The notes under the pieces are model-generated. The model did not search any database, was not told where the DNA came from, and saw only the letters and a program-made list of their open reading frames with translations. A stretch of 64,000 nt of DNA from Gemmatimonadota bacterium (GTDB lineage Bacteria > JBHIER01 > G020348925), in the NCBI GenBank assembly GCA_020348925.1, contig CP070758.1:948469-1012468 (forward strand), written 5' to 3'. Shown in pieces: positions 38,341 through 49,015 of the stretch. Every line of letters begins with the position of its first letter. Position 1 is the first letter of the stretch. The position numbers and the translations under genes are program-made.

Positions 38341-39969
38341 TTAGAAGAACCGAATATATAAGAACACGATCATTGCTATCAAGACAATACTCCAAGTCTT
38401 GAATCGGTAATACCACGGAACGGTTTTCAAAAAAGATTGATCCTTCTCAGCGAGAGACCTATCGATCATGGCCTTATCCGGAATTCCTTTTTCTCGAACT
38501 CTGAAAAACCAGATAATAAGGCAACAGAAAAGAAAGTCAATACCGGCGCGATTCAGAAAAGCGAGTTTTGGAATAATCCCGGCTGATTCTACAATAGTAA
38601 ACAGAATTGCCCATATTGGTCCGGCCACAATAGTAATGAGACATCCTTTGGCATTTGCCCTCTTATAGAAAAAACCTGCCAGAAAAACAGCAACGACTGC
38701 CGGCCAGGCAATTGACCAGAATTTCTGAATGTACGTGAATATTGCGGTTAAATCTCTGAGAAAATATCCGAAGACGGTTGCAACGATCAAGACTGTAAAC
38801 GTCGTCACTCGTCCCAAACGAATTAAATCACGGTTTTCCGCATCTCTTTTCAAGTGACGTTTGTAGATATCAAATGTAAAGATGGATGAACTGGAAGTTA
38901 AGAGTGAAGCAATAGTAGACATTACGGCTCCCATGAGACCGGCCATGACCAATCCGGAGATACCTGCCGGTAATAATCTCTTGACCAGTGTCGGAAAAGC
39001 AAGGTCGGCCTTCGAGAGAGCAAACTCCTGGCTCAACAGACCGGTCGCAGGATCATATAGTCTGAATGCAATAATTCCGGGGAGAACGACGAGAATGGGA
39101 ACGATTAATTTCAAATATCCGGCGAAAACGACACCCATCTGTCCATGCCACACATTTCTTGCCGCCAGTGTTCTCTGGGTGATGAACTGATTACATCCCC
39201 AGTAAAAGATGTTTGCCAGCCACATCCCTCCGAAGAAAACACCAATCCAGGGCAATTCTGGGTGATTCCAAGATTGGACCATATGGAATTTTCCCGGTGA
39301 GCCAGCTACGATGGCCTTCAGACCCCCCAGGATAGTATTACTGTACTCCGGAGTTGCAGCCCCTACCTTCAGTAATCCTATTATTGTAACTGCAATCCCA
39401 CCCAGCATCAAGACTGTAACTTGAATGATATCTGTATATGCAACAGATCTCAATCCGCCATAGATAGTATATCCGCCTGCAACAATACATAAAATGGCCA
39501 GACCGTAAACCAGCGGTAATCCAAAAATGGATTCCATCGCCAAAGAACCTGTGTAAAGTACTACTGCAAGCTCGATAAAGATGTAGCCCACAAGACTGAT
39601 AACGGCAAATACCAATCTCACCTGTTGATTAAAACGTTTCTCCAGGAATTCGGGCATCGTCGTTATTTTCGTTTTCAGATAATAGGGTAAAAAGAATTTC
39701 CCATATATAATCAGAGCAATCGCAGCAATCCATTCATAGCTGGCGATGGCAAGGCCTATTGAGAAACCCTGTCCGGACATACCAACAAAGTGGTGTGTCG
39801 ATATATTGGCTGCTATTAAGGAACCTCCGATAATCCACCACGGCAGGTTTCTACTGGCTAAGAAATAATCGTCCGATTCAGTTTTTTTTCGTGAGACCAA
39901 AATTCCTACTGCCGCCACACATATCAGATACAATGCGAATATGATCAAATCCAAATTCACATTTTCCAT
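38341..39969 (-). CDS. Sodium:solute symporter (SSS, sugar/SGLT-like)
   Basis: YFLASR, ANIS, YEW, TMPEFLEKRF, GGLRSV and YWGCNQFITQR motifs; many TM helices. Confidence 0.94.
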   Translation of the reverse strand: MENVNLDLIIFALYLICVAAVGILVSRKKTESDDYFLASRNLPWWIIGGSLIAANISTHHFVGMSGQGFSIGLAIASYEWIAAIALIIYGKFFLPYYLKTKITTMPEFLEKRFNQQVRLVFAVISLVGYIFIELAVVLYTGSLAMESIFGLPLVYGLAILCIVAGGYTIYGGLRSVAYTDIIQVTVLMLGGIAVTIIGLLKVGAATPEYSNTILGGLKAIVAGSPGKFHMVQSWNHPELPWIGVFFGGMWLANIFYWGCNQFITQRTLAARNVWHGQMGVVFAGYLKLIVPILVVLPGIIAFRLYDPATGLLSQEFALSKADLAFPTLVKRLLPAGISGLVMAGLMGAVMSTIASLLTSSSSIFTFDIYKRHLKRDAENRDLIRLGRVTTFTVLIVATVFGYFLRDLTAIFTYIQKFWSIAWPAVVAVFLAGFFYKRANAKGCLITIVAGPIWAILFTIVESAGIIPKLAFLNRAGIDFLFCCLIIWFFRVREKGIPDKAMIDRSLAEKDQSFLKTVPWYYRFKTWSIVLIAMIVFLYIRFF

Positions 39970-40044
39970 TCTTATCCCCTTTCAGTTTAATTCAAAGGAC
40001 TTCATTATTCTTGCTGTCGATCTCCTTCGATTTGCACTATCGAA

Positions 40045-40063
40045 TTGAAATATATCATTTCAA
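40045..40063. promoter_or_regulatory. Palindrome TTGAAAT-N5-ATTTCAA upstream of SSS-galT-galK (putative operator)
   Basis: Perfect 7-bp inverted repeat in an AT-rich intergenic region. Confidence 0.35.
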
Positions 40064-40100
40064 CTTATATACTTAAAAATGATTAATCTCATAACAGTTG

Positions 40101-41341
40101 TCATAAAAGTATCCCACAGCATTTCTTGACTTTTATTCCACTTCCACAAGGGCAAGGGTCATTCCGGCCAACTTTCATCTTGCTTCGATTTCTTGATTTC
40201 ATCGGTTTTTCTTGATTAAGAACATCCTCCTGCTGTCTTTTCCAAACTTCAGCAAGTTGCAGTAATTTTGCATGTGCATGTTCGAAAAATAGTTTATATG
40301 ATCGACAAAAATAGTTGAGTGTGTTGTCATATGGATTTCGGTTGCGATCTTTCGTGCAGCCGCCTCTGCAAAACTCCACCCACTCACACTTCTTACATAC
40401 TTTGGAAAGATCGGCTTTCATTCGACCAAATTCATATTGGCGTTTGGAATTTAACATCACTGTCAAATTCTTTTGCATCACGTTTCCAAGCTTCCAATCA
40501 GATTCAACAAAAAAATCACACGAATACACATCACCATTATGCTCCACAACGACATAAACACCACAGGCAGGCAACAGTGTGCAATCAGGGGGATTTAAAT
40601 CTACATAACGATAGAAAAGTGAATCAAAGTACCGAATGAACGTTGTTGGAGTACCTTCCTCAAAATCAGCCATCCACAAATTAAACAGCACACTCAGAAA
40701 GTTGCCATACTTTTCAGCGGACACAGAATATGAAGCCGGTTGAGTTGAATCACTGGAATTCGGTTCAAGACAGGGAATGAATTGCATGTGAGTCACCCCC
40801 AAATCCTTGTGGAATTCATAGATCTCTTGGGGGTATTTGACCGAATAATCGTTCACAACCGTGAGCGTATTGATGGCCACACCGGCATCGAGCATACGCT
40901 TGGTACTTTCAACCACTCGAGACCATGAACCCCGCCCACCTCTCATTCGGCGATAGCGATCGTGGATGTGTTCAAGACCATCCAATGATAACCCAACCAG
41001 GAAGTTGTATGTATTGAGGAATTGAGTCCATTGGTTTGAAAACCGTTTCCGATCGTTTGATCACTTCCATACCGTTTCTGGAATTCAATCGCTTTTTCAA
41101 AGAACGTGAGACCCATCAGTGTTGGTTCTCCTCCTTGCCAACAGAAGGAAATATTTTCACCTGCCTGGATCATAGTTTGACGAATCGTCTCTTCCAAGAT
41201 TATTTCGCTCATACGATGGATTTCCGTATTTGAGAAGAGCTCTTTCTTATCAAGATAGAAACAGTATGTGCAAGCCATGTTGCAATCCGGACCAGCCGGC
41301 TTTATTAATAAAGAGTCCAATTGTTTTCTGCTGTTGTCCAT
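40101..41341 (-). pseudogene. Anaerobic sulfatase-maturating radical SAM enzyme (anSME) with SEC-C tail, frameshifted near 41025
   Basis: KPAGPDCNMACTYCFY, WQGGEPTL and QTNGL in one frame; [20 protein letters not shown] cysteines and [11 protein letters not shown] in another. Confidence 0.9.
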
Positions 41342-41354
41342 CTTATGCCATCCA

Positions 41355-42872
41355 TCAATACAACGTTTGATTCGCTCGATAATTTTCTGTAATAAGCCAG
41401 GGGTCGTCGGTTTCCTCGCGCATTTTTTTCAACTTGGACCTCATTTCCTCGAGGACCTTCTCATACGCAGGATCATCGACAACATTTATCGCCTCGTCGG
41501 GGTCTCTTTCAAGATCGTACAGCTCCTCCGCTGGCCGAAGTAAATAATCACTCACTTTTCGCTTTCCCATCAACTTTGATTTTCGTTTGAGTATCCCCTG
41601 CCAAGTTTTACTGACGAACAAATCCGTGGCAAAGGGATATTCCAATTCGGGAAAAAGATTGCGTATGTATTTGTAGCGACGCGTTCGGACTGCCCGCATA
41701 GGATAGTACATCGTAATTTCGTGGAAAGTATGAGAGTGATATACTTCATCCCATCCTGGAGGATCTTTTTGGTTGAGAACAGGAAGAAATGATCTGCCGG
41801 GCAATGTGTACTCAGGTCCCTGAGTTCCGGCCCAATCAAGAAGAGTCGGTACCAGGTCGATAAAACTGACCATTGCATTGGTAACCTTTCCACCGCTTTC
41901 TATCTGGGGGGAACAAACAAGCATTGGGAGATGCACGCCTGAGTCATATATCGTCGTCTTTGCACCAGGGAACGGAATACCGTTATCACTGATATAAATG
42001 ATCAGTGTCTCCTCATACCGTCCGGATTTCCTCAAATTTTCCATTACCATTCCGATGCCGGTATCCAGCCTTGTAATGGACTGATACTGATCAGCCAATT
42101 CTTCGCGCACCTCTGGAGTATCCGGCAAGAAAGAAGGGACGTGTACATCATCAGGTTTGTACTTTACAGGGTCGACACCCGGATATTTTTGATGATTCCC
42201 GAATCCCGAAAAATTCTCTACTCCCTTCATCTGGGTCATTCCCTGCGCCGATCGGTGTGGATCTGAATATCCGACAAGAAGAAAAAACGGTCGTCTCTTA
42301 TCCTGGTTGAAGAATTCTCCCGCCTTATCGGCCATGGTCTTTACGTCGCGATTTCCCATGATATCACGACCGGAGATCACAAAATCGAACGGTATCTGCT
42401 CCTTGGGAGCTACATGGAGCTTTCCGACCAGACCGGTCTGGTATCCGTTGTCTTTTAACAAGGACGGCAGCGATTGCACCCAAGAGTGGTAGCTAAAATG
42501 ATGCCAGTTATGTTGATGGCCAAACTGGCCGTTCTGATGAGTGTAGAGTCCGGATAGAATGGACCCTCTGCTGGCGCTGCACGAGGCCGCGACGGAAAAA
42601 GCATTGGTAAACTTGACTCCCTGTTTCGCCATACGGTCTAAATTGGGTGTGTGAATCTTTGCGTTGCCATAACATCCGAGTTGATCAATCCCATGATCAT
42701 CAGAAATGAGTAGGAGTATATTGCGCTGCGATGGCGCATCTTTCCCCTTGGAGATTTTCTGAGATTGAGACGATTGTGCTTTTGGAAGTACGCTCAACAT
42801 GAAGGCAGCTCCGCTCGCTTTGGCGCACTTCCCCAGAAATTTGCGTCGATTTATTTTGCCTTGTCTACTCAT
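41355..42872 (-). CDS. Tat-exported sulfatase, N-sulfoglucosamine sulfohydrolase (sulfamidase)-like
   Basis: NRRKFL Tat motif; LISDD, CSASR, GKLHV, DPHR, SDNG and HTFHEITMYYPMR. Confidence 0.9.
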   Translation of the reverse strand: MSRQGKINRRKFLGKCAKASGAAFMLSVLPKAQSSQSQKISKGKDAPSQRNILLLISDDHGIDQLGCYGNAKIHTPNLDRMAKQGVKFTNAFSVAASCSASRGSILSGLYTHQNGQFGHQHNWHHFSYHSWVQSLPSLLKDNGYQTGLVGKLHVAPKEQIPFDFVISGRDIMGNRDVKTMADKAGEFFNQDKRRPFFLLVGYSDPHRSAQGMTQMKGVENFSGFGNHQKYPGVDPVKYKPDDVHVPSFLPDTPEVREELADQYQSITRLDTGIGMVMENLRKSGRYEETLIIYISDNGIPFPGAKTTIYDSGVHLPMLVCSPQIESGGKVTNAMVSFIDLVPTLLDWAGTQGPEYTLPGRSFLPVLNQKDPPGWDEVYHSHTFHEITMYYPMRAVRTRRYKYIRNLFPELEYPFATDLFVSKTWQGILKRKSKLMGKRKVSDYLLRPAEELYDLERDPDEAINVVDDPAYEKVLEEMRSKLKKMREETDDPWLITENYRANQTLY

Positions 42873-42935
42873 CTGGAACTCTCCCTATTTAAGGAAACTT
42901 CGCTCAATCGTCGTTTGCATTAATACGAAGAACAT

Positions 42936-44240
42936 TTATTCAGCAAATGTAATCATTGACCGCTGCCGATTTGCAAAATCCATCATTGCATTCCAGTAGT
43001 CAATATTCAATTCATGCCCCGTATCGCGTTGATATTGGAGCAATCGGCCTATCTCGACGGTGCCTATCGTATCCCTGATAAAACCCTCACCAATAATACC
43101 TTTTTCACCAAGGAGTTCATAGACAGGAGTAGCTGCCTTTAGTGCCTCAAGGGCAAGGGAGGGGGAGGCCCAAGTATCCCTGAGGCCTGCATTGTCCATA
43201 AGAGGACGTGGAGCGACGAGAGCCACCAGCAAGTGCCGGTCAATCGGTAAACGATTCACATTCTTCCCAAATCTGGCGAAGTTATCGTTAAACCAATGCG
43301 GAAACTTCTCGTTAATACGAGCAACGGACTCGCTTGGATTCATTCGACTTAAAGCCATCCCGCCGGTACCCGATTGATGTGGGATAACCAGATCGATGCG
43401 CTCATCCATGGCGGCGGCAAAAAGAGCTGCTTTTCCTCGTCGAGATAGGCCGGTCACACAGATACGATTGCTGTCGATATCCGTGTCAGTTTCAATATAA
43501 TCGATCACCCGGTGTATGCCCCAGGCCCATGCTGCAATTGTGCCCCACCTTGTATCTTCACCGCCAGGGGCATCTGGATACGATGCGTGTATGCCATCAG
43601 TCCAATCTTCCCTATCAGGATCCATGTCTGAAGCCGCAAACGTTGCCAGAGCATAACCGCGATCAAGAGTATTTTCTATAGCCCACATTTCGGCTCTGCT
43701 CCCGCGTTCGTAATAATCTCGCTTACAATGACGATGCAACCACGGCTGTTCAATAATGCTCACGCCTTTGTAGTCAAGTAAAGTGTGATTACCACAACCG
43801 TTGACGGCGATAAAGACAGGGACTGGACGCGAGATATCATTTGGAACAAACAAAGCAATATTAATCGTGTGTTTTTTATCCTCAGGCAGGAATAGAGCGA
43901 GTGAAATTTCCTTATATGTCGCCTTTCCATTGAATAATCGGTCATCCTTTTTTATGATAGTGGCCGTTACTGATGGTTTTGGCGGTAAATATCCGTACAT
44001 ATAATGTTGAAAAAGTCGCTTCAACTCAGGTCTGCGCTTCATATACCAATCATCCTTGGTTCTGATTGGAGTTCCATCCATCATTCGGAGAGGATCAGGC
44101 AGATCAGCTTGTTCGGGCAATTCGTCAACTGAGGGTAGCTTCGTCTCCCATTTTGATCCAACCAAAATAAGTAAACCGAAAAATGTAATTATCAAATATC
44201 TCCATTGTAATACACGATAAAAAGGCACGATCACCTCCAA
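42936..44240 (-). CDS. CE15 glucuronoyl esterase-like alpha/beta hydrolase
   Basis: LPDPL, WGTIAAWAWG, GLSRRGK nucleophile motif, SGTGG, FPHWF and LVAPRP. Confidence 0.85.
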   Translation of the reverse strand: MEVIVPFYRVLQWRYLIITFFGLLILVGSKWETKLPSVDELPEQADLPDPLRMMDGTPIRTKDDWYMKRRPELKRLFQHYMYGYLPPKPSVTATIIKKDDRLFNGKATYKEISLALFLPEDKKHTINIALFVPNDISRPVPVFIAVNGCGNHTLLDYKGVSIIEQPWLHRHCKRDYYERGSRAEMWAIENTLDRGYALATFAASDMDPDREDWTDGIHASYPDAPGGEDTRWGTIAAWAWGIHRVIDYIETDTDIDSNRICVTGLSRRGKAALFAAAMDERIDLVIPHQSGTGGMALSRMNPSESVARINEKFPHWFNDNFARFGKNVNRLPIDRHLLVALVAPRPLMDNAGLRDTWASPSLALEALKAATPVYELLGEKGIIGEGFIRDTIGTVEIGRLLQYQRDTGHELNIDYWNAMMDFANRQRSMITFAE

Positions 44241-44261
44241 GAGTGAATCTCCATGACGATC

Positions 44262-46388
44262 TCAATCGTCTGCGATCGGCGTCAAATGGACGACATACCC
44301 TCCTCCAGGGGCCATTGCGGCGCTCAAGGAATCAACGCCGCGCACTTTGATAGTCTTCTGTGTAATGCTTGAAGGTATTTCTTTTGCCTCGGTTCCGTCG
44401 GCGTATATGAGAGCACTGTATTCTCTGTCGTCCAAGAACTTCAACGGCAGTTTTAATGACCGGGGCTCCCAATCCGTCATCGCACCAATGAACCATTCAT
44501 CGCCATGTTTTCGGGCAACGGCAATATAATCACCGATCTTTCCGGCTAAGACCCTCGTCGCATCCCAACTGGCGGGAACAACCTTTAATAACTCAGCACC
44601 CGGTTGTCCGCGATATGCGCCAGGATAATCACTGCACATCTGAAGGGGACTTTCATAGACCACAAACATGGACAGATGGTGGCAGCGTGTTCCCATAGCC
44701 ATCGGACTCTCATATTGCGCCCTAAATTGTGTCTCTGTCACATTATGAAAAGCACCTGGCGTATAGTCCATCGGTCCGGCCAGCATTCGTGTGAAAGGAA
44801 TTGTGACATTATGTTCTGGTGTAACGCGTGTACTCCACTTGGTGTGCTCTAAGCCCAGAACGCCTTCGCGAGTGAGACAATTCGGATACGTCCGTCTCAT
44901 ACCGGTCGGTTTATACGAACCATGAAAATCAACCAGGAGGTGATGTTCCGCTGCTTTCTTTACGACCTGATGATAAAAATCGACCATCTCTTGATCGTCA
45001 CGATTCATATAATCTACTTTTACGCCCTTGACTCCCCATTTTTCATAGAGTGGAAAAGCCCTGTCCATCTGATCCCGGGTATTCTGCCAATTCAGCCACA
45101 ATATGACATCAACATTTCGCTCTTTGGCATAACCTAGAATATGCGGCATATCTATTTCAGGGATAGTCGTCGTGATATCCTGCGCAGGATCTTTGTGGGC
45201 TCCGTACCATTTCGCATCGATCAGGAGGTATTCCAGTTTGAACTCTGCAGCAAAATCGATATAATGCTTCATTGTTGATGTGTTCATGCCGCCTTCAAAA
45301 TCAACATCCGTAACAGTCCGCGCCGACCACCACGGCCAGGCAACTTTCCCCGGTTTGATCCAGGAAGGATCAGAGATGGCACATGGTTCGTTGAGATTGA
45401 TGATAATATTGGACTCAATAAGATCTCCAGGTTTTTCGCCTATCATGATTACACGCCATGGAGATCTATGAGGTGGTGAACCCTTAACACAGACCCCATC
45501 TTCGTTTGGCAAAGGGGACAAGCTTGAACGCAGAGCATATTCTTCACCATCTATTGCTTCTAAATACATGCCCGCATAATCTCTCAAGTTCGCTTCAGTT
45601 ATAGCTAAAAAGGGTCCATCGTCAATTTCAACCGTCAAGGGTAATCCAACAAGTGTGTCGGGCTCGATAGCACCAATTGTTTTTTGCCCAAAAACGTCCT
45701 CATAATTCGTGGTGAATCCTTTCAGCTCCAATGCCCAACATATATAATTCTCCAAAAATCGAAATTCGCTGTGTTCGGCCAGTATTTCAAAATCTCGAAG
45801 TGTGCTTTGTTCGGGAAAAGAATAATGAAAAGCAACGCCATCATTATACACTCTGAAAATGACATCGAGTTTTCGTCTCTGCCCGGATTTTTCCTGCAAG
45901 GAAATGACTGCTTCATTATAATGGTTGCGCACATGTTTCGATTTGCCGACTACTAAATCATACGTTTCATCGTGTGTTTCTCTTCTCACATTCGTAATCT
46001 CGAGGCTTTTCGAGAAGTCTCCTCCTCTCAAGCGAAGTGAAAGGTGAGATTCAGAAAGAAGGACTTTGTTGTTAAAGATTATCGAGTAGATGAGTTCATT
46101 TATGTCACTCATAGAGACAACAACTTGAATTTTTTCACTCGGCGAAGAAACAGCAAGCGGAGTATCGAAATTTTTAGTAGCGAAACATGAGAACGAAGAT
46201 AACAGAATAAGTGCTATGACAAGAAGTATAATTGTATGGTTTTTAAAGTACCTGTTTTTAGAAGGAAATACTTTGCTTCGATCAGGTTTCCACCCTAAAG
46301 CTGACCTCCAATAGTGAATAAACGAAATGTTTACCGAATTCTTTCTCTCACTCTTTTCAATCTGTGGCAGCAGCCTATTTGCTTTCAT
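44262..46388 (-). CDS. GH97 alpha-glycosidase
   Basis: RNHYNE, SPWRV, WIKPGK, YIDFAA, GVKVD, FHG, EGV and GPMDYTPG; start uncertain. Confidence 0.93.
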   Translation of the reverse strand: MKANRLLPQIEKSERKNSVNISFIHYWRSALGWKPDRSKVFPSKNRYFKNHTIILLVIALILLSSFSCFATKNFDTPLAVSSPSEKIQVVVSMSDINELIYSIIFNNKVLLSESHLSLRLRGGDFSKSLEITNVRRETHDETYDLVVGKSKHVRNHYNEAVISLQEKSGQRRKLDVIFRVYNDGVAFHYSFPEQSTLRDFEILAEHSEFRFLENYICWALELKGFTTNYEDVFGQKTIGAIEPDTLVGLPLTVEIDDGPFLAITEANLRDYAGMYLEAIDGEEYALRSSLSPLPNEDGVCVKGSPPHRSPWRVIMIGEKPGDLIESNIIINLNEPCAISDPSWIKPGKVAWPWWSARTVTDVDFEGGMNTSTMKHYIDFAAEFKLEYLLIDAKWYGAHKDPAQDITTTIPEIDMPHILGYAKERNVDVILWLNWQNTRDQMDRAFPLYEKWGVKGVKVDYMNRDDQEMVDFYHQVVKKAAEHHLLVDFHGSYKPTGMRRTYPNCLTREGVLGLEHTKWSTRVTPEHNVTIPFTRMLAGPMDYTPGAFHNVTETQFRAQYESPMAMGTRCHHLSMFVVYESPLQMCSDYPGAYRGQPGAELLKVVPASWDATRVLAGKIGDYIAVARKHGDEWFIGAMTDWEPRSLKLPLKFLDDREYSALIYADGTEAKEIPSSITQKTIKVRGVDSLSAAMAPGGGYVVHLTPIADD

Positions 46389-49014
46389 CAGGTGGATCCT
46401 CCTCTATGAGATATGTGACATCGATTCGGTCCTCAACGATTTTGTGCCCTTTTTTAGCGACAGCTTTGAGTCGGTTCTCACCAGCATTGAGAAATACATC
46501 CCAGAAAAAAACGTAATGCTTTTCTTTTTGACCGAGAGCTTCTCCATTCAAAAACAGTTCGACAGAATCACAATTGCTGTAGACTCTTATCTTTCTGGAT
46601 TTTCCCCTGGGACCTTGATAGAATCGCTGAGTATGAGAGACAATATATACCATCGGCTCTTCCGTCCACTGGCTTTGATAGAAGTAGTAGACATCCTTCG
46701 GCCGGCGGACCATGTCGCACAGCCCCTTTTGATTAATCCTGGGAACGTTGCCACGCTTCACAAAGGAACCGAAATCAAAGGCGTTCCAGACGGCACCCCC
46801 GGCAATCCAGGAGCGTTCATTTATTACTCGTAAATAGTGTTCGTGAAAATCGATTTGATATTCCTCGCTGAAATCAAAAGCAATAGGGTTTTCCACATGA
46901 TGGCCTCGCTTGCTTCCGACCCCGTATTCGCTGATAATAATTTTCCAGTGAGGATGAGCTTGGTGCTCCTCATCCATCACTCTTTCAAAATCTTCAAAAC
47001 TCCCCTCGTACCAGCCGTAGTATCTGTTACGTCCAATAACATCGGTTATGTCAGCTAAGGCTGGATCTTTCAAGTGATTGTGAGCTTGTACCGTCAGTCT
47101 GGAGGGATCTTCCTGGTGAGCGATATCATTCAATTCTCGCAGCAGTTGAATTATCTTGGGGACCTGTTCACGATTGGCGAATCTCATTGCCGATTCGTTG
47201 GTGATGCCCCATAGGATTACCGATGGATGATTTCGATCCCTTCTGACCATCTCCCGCATCATTGCTTTTGTATTTTCAAAGAATTCTTCACCTCCGATAG
47301 AATTTACCAAGGGTATCTCTTCCCATACGAAGAGACCCATTTTATCACATGCATCCAGTACGGAAGGATCATGAGGATAGTGAGCGAGACGGATAAAATT
47401 TGCTCCCATCTTTTTTATAATCTCAATATCCCGAACCTGCAGAGAATCAGGCACAGCATTCCCCAAACCCAAATAATCCTGGTGTTTGTTTACGCCTCGT
47501 AATTTCAAAGGTCTGTCATTCAGGAAGAAACCATTATCCGGATCGAATGAGTACCACCGAAAGCCGAATGGAGTTTCTATTTCATCAACAGGTGTTTTAT
47601 CGACAGAGAGAGTGGAAAAAACAGAATATAGATATGGATGTTCAGGACTCCACAGAGAGGGATATTGGATAGTGGATGAGACCTGGTCGATTTGTAAGGA
47701 TGAACCCGCTTCGATTTTCCTTCTATCGATTGCTGTAGCACAAATCTCCCCCTCAGTGTTGACGATATTGGTCAGGAGTACGACATCGGCTTCCTCTTCC
47801 GAGTCATTTCTTACAGTGGTCGCAACCCACACTTTCGCGGCAGCTTCACTTACTTCAGGAGAGGTGATGTACACATCTTGAATATACGGGTTATTCATCA
47901 CGTGTAATCTGACATCCCGGTACAGCCCGCCGTACATGATGAAATCCGCTGTGTGCGGTGGTGTATTGTAGTCGTAGGAGTTGTCCACCTTTACTACGAC
48001 CAAATTCTTTGTCTCACCGAAATTCACCTGGTCCGAGATGTCAAAGGAGAATTCAGTGTAACCTCCGATATGCTTCCCTAGCCTACGCCCATTTATCCAT
48101 ACCTCGGCAATTTGATTCGCCGCCTCAAACTGGATGATGATTTTTTTCCCTTTTGTTGAAGGATCGAGTGAAAAATATTTTCGATACCATCCTGGTCCCC
48201 TGTAATAGGCGTGATACTCTTCATAACCATCGTTGATATTTCGTGTGTCATAGACGTCTGCTGCGTTCCAGCAATGGGGAAGTGACACGTCCTCCCAATT
48301 ATCATCATTATAATGTTCTTGAAAAGCATCATGAATGTCCTGTTTTAGAAATTTCCAACCCTGATTCAGGTCTAATGTACGCCGAGTCACCTGTTTGCTG
48401 GGGAAAAAGAGAGGCTTGAACTCCTCGGACATTTTCATCACACTGATAAAGTGTCCTTCACCCGCTTGTAAATGGTAGGTGATTTTTTTCTCCTCGCCCC
48501 ACAGCTCCTTATCGATGACCAGCTCGGCATCAATCTCTTCTTCAGAGGCAATAAAAATGGCAAGTTCCTTTTCTATAATCTTTTCAGAGTAAAATGCTAT
48601 GAGAAATACATTGGACTGAATCATAGCACTGACATTGCGTTGAAATTTCTGGCGACGATGTGAAGTAAAGATGGATTCATTTGTATACAGCCATCCATCA
48701 AAAAAGAAAAAATGAAGTGGCCTCCCTTTATAATGAAGATTTTTAGCCGCCAGCCAAGTCCATCCCTCCCTCAAGGAAGGATTGATTGTCAATCCATCAT
48801 CCGAAGTTATTACTCCGAAAACTTTAAAAGGATCAACTTCACCGTTTTTTAGTTGAATATTCAGATCTCTGTCAGGCGTGAAGTAAAGGATCTTTTCCGA
48901 TGAATTTCCATCTTTAACGATGTTTGTATTAACTGCATTACCAAACGATATTATTAATAGAAGCATCAGCAGCACAGAAACAGGTATTCCCCAGGATCTA
49001 TCATCCCTTTTCAT
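46375..49014 (-). CDS. GH2 beta-galactosidase/beta-glucuronidase with N-terminal extension
   Basis: Likely start MKRDD at 49014; HIGGYT, GVNKHQD, RLAHYP, NHPSVILWGITNE and SEYG. Confidence 0.92.
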   Translation of the reverse strand: MKRDDRSWGIPVSVLLMLLLIISFGNAVNTNIVKDGNSSEKILYFTPDRDLNIQLKNGEVDPFKVFGVITSDDGLTINPSLREGWTWLAAKNLHYKGRPLHFFFFDGWLYTNESIFTSHRRQKFQRNVSAMIQSNVFLIAFYSEKIIEKELAIFIASEEEIDAELVIDKELWGEEKKITYHLQAGEGHFISVMKMSEEFKPLFFPSKQVTRRTLDLNQGWKFLKQDIHDAFQEHYNDDNWEDVSLPHCWNAADVYDTRNINDGYEEYHAYYRGPGWYRKYFSLDPSTKGKKIIIQFEAANQIAEVWINGRRLGKHIGGYTEFSFDISDQVNFGETKNLVVVKVDNSYDYNTPPHTADFIMYGGLYRDVRLHVMNNPYIQDVYITSPEVSEAAAKVWVATTVRNDSEEEADVVLLTNIVNTEGEICATAIDRRKIEAGSSLQIDQVSSTIQYPSLWSPEHPYLYSVFSTLSVDKTPVDEIETPFGFRWYSFDPDNGFFLNDRPLKLRGVNKHQDYLGLGNAVPDSLQVRDIEIIKKMGANFIRLAHYPHDPSVLDACDKMGLFVWEEIPLVNSIGGEEFFENTKAMMREMVRRDRNHPSVILWGITNESAMRFANREQVPKIIQLLRELNDIAHQEDPSRLTVQAHNHLKDPALADITDVIGRNRYYGWYEGSFEDFERVMDEEHQAHPHWKIIISEYGVGSKRGHHVENPIAFDFSEEYQIDFHEHYLRVINERSWIAGGAVWNAFDFGSFVKRGNVPRINQKGLCDMVRRPKDVYYFYQSQWTEEPMVYIVSHTQRFYQGPRGKSRKIRVYSNCDSVELFLNGEALGQKEKHYVFFWDVFLNAGENRLKAVAKKGHKIVEDRIDVTYLIEEDPPDESK

Positions 49015-49015
49015 C

